DNA of 61,238 bases from a virus. Taxonomy: Duplodnaviria > Heunggongvirae > Uroviricota > Caudoviricetes > Ackermannviridae. Location: positions 96,683 to 157,920 of the IMG/VR virus record IMGVR_UViG_2974514734_000001. One strand, 5' to 3'. The first letter of the stretch is position 1, and every line of letters begins with the position of its first letter. Shown one piece after another: positions 47,825-56,373 of this stretch. The notes below the pieces were generated by a model. The model made no database searches and had not been told where the DNA came from. It saw only the letters and a list, made by a program, of their open reading frames with translations. A program made the position numbers and the translations under genes.

Positions 47825-48718
47825 CTAACCCTTACTCAACAGGCCGAGAAGGGATACAGAGGACTTTGTTACCTCTCCCTTGGCGCTCGCCTTGGTTTTA
47901 GATTTGGTCGCCTTCTCAGGGACTCGATGCGCTAGAGGATCATCCCCACCGACTTCACGCGTCATTGGGTCAGTTTCACAGAATCCGTAGAAATCTTTGA
48001 TGTCGAGATCGATCGCACCGATATCCATCTGGTATGCGATGGCATCACCAACAACCCAAAGAGGAGCATCAAACGGCATGACCGCTATTTCGCTGCGGTG
48101 GTCCATGTCATACACATTTTCATTAGGCTTCATATATACGATATCTTGACCGCTGTAAGCATCTTCTAATACATTCCAGCCCAGCGCCAGCATTTCAGCT
48201 TTCGACTTCTCAAACTCCTTGGAGTAAGATTCGTTGCGTGACCAGCCGGAGTCCCCTGCTTCCTTACCAGAGCGACCACGGATGCGTGCATCATACTGAT
48301 AGCGGTCTGGGTATGCAAAATAAAGCAACGCCAGAGATTCAATCGGATAGTTCTTGAACATCCATTCAGGACGCCATTTATCCGATAGCATGAGGGGTTC
48401 ACCCTCGCACACCAAAGTGTAACCCTGAGCCAGCCAGCCTTTGACCAGATCACGGGCGATATCACCCGAGCCTGTGGCAGCATGAATAGCATCCATGGAA
48501 GTCCAGGAAGCCAGACCGGATTTGTTGGACACAGTATACTGGCCAACGAAGATTAACTTCAGCTCTTCGAATTTCAGGCCGAATGGGCGCGTCTTGTCAC
48601 CAATGGTGTAGGTGAGTTCAGTAGGCTCCAGCTTAGTGCGGAGCCATTCGATGAACTGAACAACACGGGTGCCTTTACCCGTGCCAGATGTTCCTTTCAC
48701 TACAATTATTTTAGCCAT
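47825..48718 (-). CDS. Second P-loop 5-hmdU DNA kinase (5-HMUDK)
   Basis: IVVKGTSGTGKGTR Walker A, VCEGE Walker B, SWTSMDAI, RIRGRSG. Confidence 0.75.
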   Translation of the reverse strand: MAKIIVVKGTSGTGKGTRVVQFIEWLRTKLEPTELTYTIGDKTRPFGLKFEELKLIFVGQYTVSNKSGLASWTSMDAIHAATGSGDIARDLVKGWLAQGYTLVCEGEPLMLSDKWRPEWMFKNYPIESLALLYFAYPDRYQYDARIRGRSGKEAGDSGWSRNESYSKEFEKSKAEMLALGWNVLEDAYSGQDIVYMKPNENVYDMDHRSEIAVMPFDAPLWVVGDAIAYQMDIGAIDLDIKDFYGFCETDPMTREVGGDDPLAHRVPEKATKSKTKASAKGEVTKSSVSLLGLLSKG

Positions 48719-49059
48719 TATGCATCTTCCTCAATACGCCAGCTCACACCGCCCAACCAGGGAGACCAGAAAACAGCAACCTGTGGGCGATCGTTTTCTA
48801 CAAACTTCACTTTATACTGGTCTTCAAAGTTATAGAAAATTTCATCGTCATCTGGTGCCATACCGTTTTCTATCAGAACACGCTTTAACTCCAGCGCCGC
48901 ACCAACGGAAGTGGGTGTGGTTTGTTTACGAATGAAGTTGTTCACATGGATAATAACGCCATCCATATCGCTATCACCGGAACGCTTGTCTGGGGTTTCC
49001 CCAAACTTGGATTGTTCTTGCACGATGTCCTCCTCAATGGACGTATTGATAATGGCCAA
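48718..49059 (-). CDS. Hypothetical protein
   Basis: Coupled, 113 aa. Confidence 0.7.
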   Translation of the reverse strand: MAIINTSIEEDIVQEQSKFGETPDKRSGDSDMDGVIIHVNNFIRKQTTPTSVGAALELKRVLIENGMAPDDDEIFYNFEDQYKVKFVENDRPQVAVFWSPWLGGVSWRIEEDA

Positions 49060-49816
49060 TCAGGCGGTTCACCACTTCGACAATATTGCGGTTCAGGAAG
49101 TCGAAGTGGTTCTGGCCTTCTACTGGTTTAATATAAAGCATATCTTCCGAGTTCGAAAGATCCAGTTTTTCATAATTTCCCTGAGGAACAAAGATGACAA
49201 AAATATTGTTCATCGCACAGGGTTCAACGTATTTCGGGTTATCATCAATTAAAACATCACCTGCCAAAAGATGCTTTTCGTCGGTGCTGACAAACCCGTT
49301 GAAGATGCCAGGGAACTTGTCATAGACAAACTGGCGCTTGCTGCGCTCGTGTTCTGGCTCACACTTAGATACTGCGATCAATTCAACATTTTCAAAGTCT
49401 TCGAGAAGGATCTTCTTCAGATTCACCAGGAACTCGTAAGCGCCTGGAAGCGGGTTCATCTTGGCATACAGGTCCGGCATGCGCCACCAATCCATAGGAT
49501 CACGTCCTGTAGGTGAATCCATCCATTGACCAGCAACAAACACACGGCGCGTCAACCATGCTGGGTGAGCGCGTTCCCGCATGAGGATCGCCAAATCACC
49601 AGCATGAGCCATATAGCACTCTTTGGTGATACGCTGGAAATCATTGGGATAATCATGGCAACCCATGTTTTCCGCAGCAGCTTTTGAATTGGAAATATTA
49701 AACCAATCCACCCAAGGGGAGAGGCTATCAACCAAAGTCAAGTCTACGTCTACCAGGATACGATACATTCCACCGATTTTAGAATTGGCATCATACAGAC
49801 CAACATGATTATTCAT
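49034..49816 (-). CDS. HAD-family 5'(3')-deoxyribonucleotidase
   Basis: VDVDLTLVD (DxDxT), P.PGA.EFL, K....GDVLIDDNP. Confidence 0.85.
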   Translation of the reverse strand: MNNHVGLYDANSKIGGMYRILVDVDLTLVDSLSPWVDWFNISNSKAAAENMGCHDYPNDFQRITKECYMAHAGDLAILMRERAHPAWLTRRVFVAGQWMDSPTGRDPMDWWRMPDLYAKMNPLPGAYEFLVNLKKILLEDFENVELIAVSKCEPEHERSKRQFVYDKFPGIFNGFVSTDEKHLLAGDVLIDDNPKYVEPCAMNNIFVIFVPQGNYEKLDLSNSEDMLYIKPVEGQNHFDFLNRNIVEVVNRLIGHYQYVH

Positions 49817-50153
49817 CAGACTTCTCCACTTGATCATAACCAGTTGCGGTGCATTGCTCTTCTGTGCAATCTGCATACAGAACCACAGAAGATTCCTTCA
49901 CGTAAGTGGTGCAGTGATAGGTTTCATCTTCCTGGATGGAATCATCATAATTGCAAACAGTTTGCAACGGACCAGGAGTGGTGTTGTCCAAAGCTGCATG
50001 TGCCTTGATGGTGTCTTCCATCTTATTCACCGCTTGCTGATTGGTGAACGTTGGCGCATCGAGGTCAACAGTAGACGCAACGTCCAGAAGGGTAGAGCAT
50101 GCAGTGGTAGAGAAAGCCAGAGCGCACACCAGAAGAATCTTATTGAGTTTCAT
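49809..50153 (-). CDS. Lipoprotein
   Basis: Signal MKLNKILLVCALAFSTTA-C19; four further Cys in the mature part. Confidence 0.75.
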   Translation of the reverse strand: MKLNKILLVCALAFSTTACSTLLDVASTVDLDAPTFTNQQAVNKMEDTIKAHAALDNTTPGPLQTVCNYDDSIQEDETYHCTTYVKESSVVLYADCTEEQCTATGYDQVEKSDE

Positions 50154-50181
50154 AACAATACCTGTTGTCAAAGGGATAACA

Positions 50182-50213
50182 GGGGGAATTATATCCCCCT
50201 TTGGTTTATTGAA
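50182..50213 (-). promoter_or_regulatory. TTCAAT-N14-TATAAT promoter with -10 box as hairpin loop
   Basis: Minus strand: TTCAAT aaaccaaaggggga TATAAT tccccc. Confidence 0.75.
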
Positions 50214-53210
50214 TCAACCTTTCTTGCCCATCATGGACAACAGATTAACTCGACGTTTATGAGACCAACCAACCACATCCAAGATAGACTGAATTGGCTC
50301 TATGAAGGTCTTTTCAAACGTGGTGTGGTAATCCACCCATTTATCCAATCCCAATTCTGGAGGAAGGAAGTCAGGGAAGGCTATGCGATCATTCCCCACA
50401 GGATTGCCAGGTTTCAGGTTGATGATTTTAACCTTATCACCGGATTCGATAGGCGGAAGACCGAGATCTTCGTGCTTATCGATCAGCTTGTTGTACATAA
50501 TACAAGCCTTGGCAGCAAAGTGCGTACCGCTGATGTAATTCCCGTTCGCGTCTAACCACTTCTCAATATCGCTCACACCAGATGCCTGAGCGATATCATC
50601 CACGGTGAGTTCCATATATTCCTTTTTGTATCCAGCGATTAATTCCTGAACCTCCGCCTCAGTACCGAGCAGGACTTTCTCATAACATTTGACAAGACGC
50701 TCACGACACCATTCCGGCGTTGTAGATTTACGCGCTTCCAGACCTTTGAATTTGATCTTTGGTTTCTCATACTTGATGCCTTCGCTATCGTATACTGCCA
50801 TGCAATACATCTTCTTGGCTCGCCATACAGCAGACGATGCGATGACCTCACGTTCCCAGACCATGCGCTGCTCAAACCCGTTCATGGTATTACACAGCAA
50901 TTGCGCCCATTCACTAGTTTTTGGTTGGTAATTCTCTTTGATCCATTGGTCGATGTTATCAACAAGTTTATGATGATCCTTTTCATCAGGCCATAATTGC
51001 TTGACCAGGCGTTCAATGCAAATATAATTGGAGTCTGTATCACCTGCGATAACAAAATCCTGACCAGTGGTGCCACAAAGTTTGTTCAGATAATCATCAG
51101 TGTGGCGTTTGTTCCATTTATTGATCAGCTGGCCGGAAGTGGTAATTGCTTCAGCGATGTTGATGTTGAAGTATTCTTTAAACCAGACGTTAGAAATTGC
51201 ACCATATCCTGCGTTCATCAAGATCTTCAGACCTTGTTGTAACGTATCTTGGGCAACTCCCAAATCTTCCCACTTATGCATGACTTCAGTCAGGTGATCA
51301 AGGTCGATATGCTTGTGTTCTTCATACCATTCAGGATCGTAGAAACGAGACTTCATGGCGGATTCAAGGTGGAAATCACCTTTAGACATTTCCTTACACC
51401 AACCAGCCCATTGCTCATACTTCAGGCCAGTTGCTTTCTCTCCTTTACGGTCAGCGTATATGCCTCGCATAATTTCGGAAAGGAAGGACATCTTCTCATT
51501 ACTGAAGAACTGAACGTTCGGAGTAAACGAAACGTTATAACGGCGTAACGTTTCAAAATGGAATTCACCCAGCGCGACCAATTCATCAACAACTTGTATG
51601 CGTTCATCAATAGCACGCAGCAGCTTGTCGTGAAGATTTTTGAGATGACGGCGCTTGTTCATCGGCGTTGTCATATCATTCATCGCTTTGGTCAATTCTT
51701 CACACATGGACTCAATGATATCGCGACGTGTGTGCTTGTCAGAAACAATAGTCTCAGGACCAAGGTTGTATTGCTGTATGATGTGGGGATACAGGGAGTT
51801 TAAGTCCTCAGAGAATACCCAGAAATATATCCCTGGTGCAACCTCCATGACATATGCGCCTTCAAAGTCCGTTGGACCATCATATACACGCTGTATTTTA
51901 GGGACAATCCCCTTTTCATAAAGGCGATAGTAACACATCGCCAGCCATGGTGCTACAGTCCCCAGACCGTCTTCATAGTTAGATTTGGTGCGATACGCCA
52001 ATACGAACATCAGCTGTATCAAACGCAGCTTTTGTTCTAAACGCCACACGAGTTTGACGTCTTTGATACCATATCGGGTGTGTTTGCAATAATCATTAAA
52101 ATATAGATCATACAATGACTTGCTTTCACTATAATCCAACTTCTTCTCACCAAGTTCACAATAAGCGATCCAATCCAGTGAGTATTTTTCTCGGGTTGTG
52201 TACGTGTGTTTCTTGTAAACTTGCATGTAGTCCATCATAGGACAACCCACGAATTGATAAGAAGTCACGTCGCCTTTACGGTCTTTGATGAAACGTTTCT
52301 TGAGTTTGCCCCAAGGACTGAGGCGCTCTGCCTGAGTTTCACCGAGAACCTGCGTAATACGTTCAACCAAGTACGGGCTATCAAACGTTTCGATGTTCCA
52401 GCCAGTCCAACCATCAAATTGACGTTCAGACCAATAATCTAAGAAAGCGCGAAGAAGTTCTTGTTCAGTAGTGTATTCTTTGTATTCAACCTCAAGACCA
52501 CCTATCTCTTCATCATTTGGATCATATTTGAATTTATGGCGATCCTTAGAGCACGGCATACCCCAGACATAGAACTTGTTGGTGTTCATGTCTTGAAGCT
52601 GGATGAGCGTAATAGGGAAGGCGGCATTCATGTTCTGTGTGATCTTACCATTACTATCAATGATAGGGAACTGGTCAGTCACGTTGTTGGAAATAAAGGA
52701 ACCTGGGAAGTGCTCTCGAACGAAATCATGGTTGGCCAACACTTGCTTATGGAATCGGCGAACACGCGCCTCGCTCCCCTTAAACGTGTGGGATTCAATC
52801 GTCGCGTGAGGAAATGGACCTTTAGTCATTTCTCCATCGCGCCACCCAGCCGAGAAAACTTCGATATCCACGTTGGCGATGTGAATATTTGAGTAATCGG
52901 GGGTGATCATCCCAGGAAAACTATGTGCTATGAATTGATATGCATAATCCGTTTGCCCGTAAACGGCAGCGCCTTCGACCTCCTTATACTCCTCCAGATA
53001 GTTGTCGGCGTCACGCATTGACGCAAATTTTTTAGACACCAATGGTTCATTGAGAAGGCCAATCTTTTCAACTTTGGAATAATCGGCTGTGGGTAAATAC
53101 AAGGTGGGTTCGAATTTCTTACGCAACATACGGCGATTGCCGTTGTCGTCTGCAATACGAATCAGAAGGTCGTTACCCTGTCGGGCAACGTTCGTATAGA
53201 AAACAGTCAT
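50214..53210 (-). CDS. 43: Family B DNA polymerase gp43 (998 aa; start corrected)
   Basis: DIEV ExoI, GWNIETFD ExoII, DLNSLYP, K..MNAGYG, GDTDS, KGLE motifs. Confidence 0.97.
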   Translation of the reverse strand: MTVFYTNVARQGNDLLIRIADDNGNRRMLRKKFEPTLYLPTADYSKVEKIGLLNEPLVSKKFASMRDADNYLEEYKEVEGAAVYGQTDYAYQFIAHSFPGMITPDYSNIHIANVDIEVFSAGWRDGEMTKGPFPHATIESHTFKGSEARVRRFHKQVLANHDFVREHFPGSFISNNVTDQFPIIDSNGKITQNMNAAFPITLIQLQDMNTNKFYVWGMPCSKDRHKFKYDPNDEEIGGLEVEYKEYTTEQELLRAFLDYWSERQFDGWTGWNIETFDSPYLVERITQVLGETQAERLSPWGKLKKRFIKDRKGDVTSYQFVGCPMMDYMQVYKKHTYTTREKYSLDWIAYCELGEKKLDYSESKSLYDLYFNDYCKHTRYGIKDVKLVWRLEQKLRLIQLMFVLAYRTKSNYEDGLGTVAPWLAMCYYRLYEKGIVPKIQRVYDGPTDFEGAYVMEVAPGIYFWVFSEDLNSLYPHIIQQYNLGPETIVSDKHTRRDIIESMCEELTKAMNDMTTPMNKRRHLKNLHDKLLRAIDERIQVVDELVALGEFHFETLRRYNVSFTPNVQFFSNEKMSFLSEIMRGIYADRKGEKATGLKYEQWAGWCKEMSKGDFHLESAMKSRFYDPEWYEEHKHIDLDHLTEVMHKWEDLGVAQDTLQQGLKILMNAGYGAISNVWFKEYFNINIAEAITTSGQLINKWNKRHTDDYLNKLCGTTGQDFVIAGDTDSNYICIERLVKQLWPDEKDHHKLVDNIDQWIKENYQPKTSEWAQLLCNTMNGFEQRMVWEREVIASSAVWRAKKMYCMAVYDSEGIKYEKPKIKFKGLEARKSTTPEWCRERLVKCYEKVLLGTEAEVQELIAGYKKEYMELTVDDIAQASGVSDIEKWLDANGNYISGTHFAAKACIMYNKLIDKHEDLGLPPIESGDKVKIINLKPGNPVGNDRIAFPDFLPPELGLDKWVDYHTTFEKTFIEPIQSILDVVGWSHKRRVNLLSMMGKKG

Positions 53211-53289
53211 TGTTTGTCTCCGGTTAACCGTGCCGTTAGCACGTCCCCGTAATTTAGCCGAGGAACGTTCAATGACCAAGGAGTTTATT

Positions 53290-53862
53290 ATGGCAATCCC
53301 CTTTGTGAGTATGATCCCAGGGGCGCTAAAGCAACTCTGGAATCTTGGGACTGATTTGGTGCAATACAAGCGGGAAATTGTTCAGGCTAAACACGATGTA
53401 AAGCTGGAGGCTATCAAGTCCTCCTCAGATTGGGAGCTGTCTAAGATCACCGAAGTCGGCGGGTCTTGGAAAGATGAATTCTGGACTATCGTATTAGCTG
53501 TTCCCGCTATCCTTGTAATGATCGCTCCGGTTGTAGAACTTCTAATGTTCCCCACCGAGTATCATAAAGGGGATTTCATCAAAGCAGTAATTGGTGGTAT
53601 GCAAGCCCTTGAAACAGCACCTGATTGGTATACAGCTTCATTATTGACAGCAATTAGTGCATCATTCGGTATCAAGGGGTATAACCATTACAAAAGCAAC
53701 AGCCGGAAAGCGCAAGCTGTGGATGCTCTCAAGCAGTTTGGGGTCAAAGTGGTTAACAAAGATCCCACTGTTGTTACTCAGTCGGGTTCTCCCGATCTTG
53801 AGTCTGCTCCCCCAGCTGGGTCTACTGCGACCTCTGGTGCGTGGCCTGATCTGAAGAAATAA
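53290..53862 (+). CDS. Putative holin (3TM GTA-holin-like)
   Basis: SWKDEFWTIVLAVPAIL...ALETAPDWYTASLLTAISASFGIKG; AGGAG RBS; possible second start at 53272. Confidence 0.55.
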   Translation: MAIPFVSMIPGALKQLWNLGTDLVQYKREIVQAKHDVKLEAIKSSSDWELSKITEVGGSWKDEFWTIVLAVPAILVMIAPVVELLMFPTEYHKGDFIKAVIGGMQALETAPDWYTASLLTAISASFGIKGYNHYKSNSRKAQAVDALKQFGVKVVNKDPTVVTQSGSPDLESAPPAGSTATSGAWPDLKK

Positions 53863-53865
53863 GTT

Positions 53866-53892
53866 AGAGGGGAGGAAACTCCCCTTTCTTTT
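53866..53892 (+). terminator. Intrinsic terminator (GAAA loop)
   Basis: gaggggag-gaaa-ctcccctt followed by tctttt. Confidence 0.8.
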
Positions 53893-53903
53893 GGTGTTAA
53901 GGA

Positions 53904-54116
53904 ATGAAAGTGGTAAACAAGAGATTGCTTGTCACCCAAGGCGGGGCGACGATAGTGAGAGGAAGGATTTATGAACAAATTCAGCTGGGTGATCATAAGA
54001 CACGCCTGACTGTCAAGGCACCGGACGGTGGATGGCCCACAAAGGTGGTTGTCCCCGACGGCCTCATAGAACGAGGGAAAGCAGTGTACAAAGGAGCAGA
54101 ATTCAAAATTTATTAA
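53904..54116 (+). CDS. Small hypothetical protein
   Basis: AAGGA RBS; 70 aa. Confidence 0.55.
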   Translation: MKVVNKRLLVTQGGATIVRGRIYEQIQLGDHKTRLTVKAPDGGWPTKVVVPDGLIERGKAVYKGAEFKIY

Positions 54117-54121
54117 AATAT

Positions 54122-54162
54122 TTATTGAATAAAGTTTACTTATTCAATAACTGGCGTATACT
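54122..54162 (+). promoter_or_regulatory. Sigma70-like early promoter (TTTACT...TATACT) with flanking inverted repeat TTATTGAAT/ATTCAATAA
   Basis: ttattgaat-aaagTTTACTt-attcaataa-ctggcg-TATACT. Confidence 0.65.
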
Positions 54163-54211
54163 TCTAATTGTAGTACGAACAAACAACAATCTGAAGAGAA
54201 GGAAATACATC

Positions 54212-54769
54212 ATGGCAATCGAAATTATCGCTCAATCCAAATCCGGCAAAACTGTATTGTTCGGCACCGAAGAAGGCCGTGTAATCACCACTTTGGGCAC
54301 AGTTGACGGCAGCAACCCCGTAAAAGGTGGACGCTTCCTGGTTGAGTACGGTTCTCGTGTCGTGATGGTAAGTAAAATTGATGGGCGTGATATCACTGCT
54401 CCTCGTCAAGAATTCTTTGATTCACGTTCTGCCGCCATGCAATTCTTTTTCTTCCAGAAACGTCACGAACTCTTTGTAGAAGCGAAAGACGCAGGTCTGG
54501 ACGACGCAACGGCTGAGCTGATTGCCGAAGGTAAAATGACTCTTGAGACTGCTCTGGGAGACATGGATTGCGAAGCCGAAGCGCATTATATTGAATATTC
54601 CGCATATCAGAACGAATGTGAAGATGATCCGGAAGATGATGGATTTGATCCAGATCTTCACGGCGGCGAGGATGACAATACTCCTTCTCTGGAAGTTATC
54701 ATGGCAGGTGGTCAGGCCGCTTGGGAATGGCAGAATGAAAAGAACGCATGGTTGGATTCCCGCCTCTAA
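54212..54769 (+). CDS. Early hypothetical protein with very acidic C-terminus
   Basis: AAGGA RBS before ATG 54212; D/E-rich tail. Confidence 0.75.
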   Translation: MAIEIIAQSKSGKTVLFGTEEGRVITTLGTVDGSNPVKGGRFLVEYGSRVVMVSKIDGRDITAPRQEFFDSRSAAMQFFFFQKRHELFVEAKDAGLDDATAELIAEGKMTLETALGDMDCEAEAHYIEYSAYQNECEDDPEDDGFDPDLHGGEDDNTPSLEVIMAGGQAAWEWQNEKNAWLDSRL

Positions 54770-54775
54770 TATGAC

Positions 54776-54794
54776 AAAGCCCCTTCGGGGGCTT
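54776..54794 (+). terminator. UUCG hairpin identical in core to the one at 198
   Basis: aaagcccc-ttcg-ggggctt; short T tract. Confidence 0.55.
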
Positions 54795-54819
54795 ACCTTG
54801 AAAACTGAAGGACTATATC

Positions 54820-55365
54820 ATGAATATGCCAAAAACTCCTGTCCGTATCGCAGTTGAGCCTCTGTTGTCCCAGGCTGAAGACGCCGCAGTCATGTCGGCA
54901 ACGAATATTATTAACAAAGTCATGGAAGATTTAGAATCTCACGGCTGGGATATTAATGCTTGTGCTCCATGGCCGTCCAGCGTAGGGATAAGACTTGGTC
55001 ATCCAGATTACGTGGGCATGAAATCTAAACATACATTGTATCATTCATTGGTTCAACTCGTTTCTTCAACATATCAGCCTGGTAAACCAGAAATTGTTAA
55101 GCGCGACCCAGACCGTCAAAAACGATTTATTGATGAAGCTCGTCGTAACGCTGCATTTCAATATGAAGCATTCATCATTAAACTAGAAAATAAAATCGGT
55201 GGGCACAGTGATGCAATCTTAAAGGGTTCCCATATCTGGGATTATTCGATTCTGGAAGTGACTACACCAGAGGGAATTGAATATTGGAAGACACACACGA
55301 TCATCAACGTGTCGAAACTCGGCAAAATTTTTAACCAATATCCAACAAGAAAGGTCAAAGCATAA
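54820..55365 (+). CDS. Hypothetical protein
   Basis: 181 aa; AAGGA RBS; ends NVSKLGKIFNQYPTRK. Confidence 0.8.
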   Translation: MNMPKTPVRIAVEPLLSQAEDAAVMSATNIINKVMEDLESHGWDINACAPWPSSVGIRLGHPDYVGMKSKHTLYHSLVQLVSSTYQPGKPEIVKRDPDRQKRFIDEARRNAAFQYEAFIIKLENKIGGHSDAILKGSHIWDYSILEVTTPEGIEYWKTHTIINVSKLGKIFNQYPTRKVKA

Positions 55366-55392
55366 ACAAGGGGGCAATAGCCCCCCTTGTTT
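55364..55392. terminator. Bidirectional terminator between convergent genes
   Basis: aaacaagggggc-aata-gccccccttgttt. Confidence 0.75.
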
Positions 55393-55849
55393 ATTTCCCA
55401 TCCCAAAAGTCGTCTTCATCGTCTACTTCATCAAACGCAGAATCCAATTCTTCGTCAGAGTACTCTGGAAGACGACCATTCTGTTTCAGATATTCAATTT
55501 CGTCATCTTCCAATTGAAGATCCGTGGCTATAAACAGCGCCCCTGTTTCTTCATCGTGCTCAATACTGTAAGATGTATATTCAGCACCCTGGACTGTAAT
55601 GATGATAGACGTCGGGTCTTCTGGGTCCACATGGGCTTCAAACGGGATACCGTCAATCGGGGCGTCCTCTAAAAATGTAGCAAGAGCTACGGCGGCGCGG
55701 ACGACGTCTGTCCCTTGCACGGAAGCATAAATCTCTTCAGCGCCTGTTTCCCCGCGCTCAAAGAATTCAATCGTAGTCCCGTCTTGAACACCAGTCCAGA
55801 TAGGCATGTCTGCTGGGGAATCCGCTTCAAATAATTTCGAAATTGGCAT
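55391..55849 (-). CDS. Acidic late hypothetical protein
   Basis: GAGG RBS; CTAAATAG upstream at 55881-55888. Confidence 0.75.
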   Translation of the reverse strand: MPISKLFEADSPADMPIWTGVQDGTTIEFFERGETGAEEIYASVQGTDVVRAAVALATFLEDAPIDGIPFEAHVDPEDPTSIIITVQGAEYTSYSIEHDEETGALFIATDLQLEDDEIEYLKQNGRLPEYSDEELDSAFDEVDDEDDFWDGK

Positions 55850-55884
55850 GGTAATGTCCTCTTGAATAAACTGCTTTGGACTAT

Positions 55885-56334
55885 TTAGGCTTCTCTGGTC
55901 GCCAGCCCTGGCTTAAACACCACCATTTCCTCAACGTTATTGGCACTCATAGAGGCTATGGAATCGAACCCTTTGTTGATAAGTTCTTTCACATTATCAT
56001 GTATCTTACCAGGCTTTATCCCCAACTCACGCATTTTATTTTCCCACACCGAAACATTGTTGGAATCTATTACAAGAGTCTTCTTGGCCTTGACACGAAA
56101 TGCCATGACGACAGGTTCACCAGATTGACGATAGCGCACGGCATTTTCTGCGTAGATCTGTGCCTTTTCTGGATCCCCCGTCAGGTAAAACCCAGCACCC
56201 ATCGTACCAGAGTCAGTCTGGCCAAATTTTTCAAAATCAAATATATCGAATTCAACATTAGACCCATGATACAAAACGATATTCGTAAAATCAGGTAACG
56301 TTGATTCGCGATAAAATTCTAGAAAGGTTTTCAT
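55885..56334 (-). CDS. ADP-ribosyltransferase-fold protein (H-Y-E clade, ART-PolyVal-like) with capsid-targeting N-terminus
   Basis: LYHGS, GAGFYLT, EEMVVF; N-terminus MKTFLEFYRE. Confidence 0.7.
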   Translation of the reverse strand: MKTFLEFYRESTLPDFTNIVLYHGSNVEFDIFDFEKFGQTDSGTMGAGFYLTGDPEKAQIYAENAVRYRQSGEPVVMAFRVKAKKTLVIDSNNVSVWENKMRELGIKPGKIHDNVKELINKGFDSIASMSANNVEEMVVFKPGLATREA

Positions 56335-56356
56335 AGATACCCCACACTGGTCGTAT

Positions 56357-56367
56357 GGGGTATTTAG
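56357..56367 (-). promoter_or_regulatory. Late promoter CTAAATACCCC
   Basis: Matches the late-type motif recalled for Vi01-like phages. Confidence 0.7.
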
Positions 56368-56373
56368 GATGGA

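Noticed and set aside
49830-50555. 241-aa plus-strand ORF
   Set aside because: Antisense to the polymerase end and the lipoprotein; no recognisable features.
29356-53210. Group I introns or inteins in topoisomerase and polymerase
   Set aside because: Reading frames are continuous and the insertions lack splice-junction or homing-endonuclease motifs.
53211-53369. N-terminal 53 aa of the 1051-aa polymerase ORF
   Set aside because: It overlaps the divergent holin-like gene; homology to gp43 begins at MTVFYTNV (53210).
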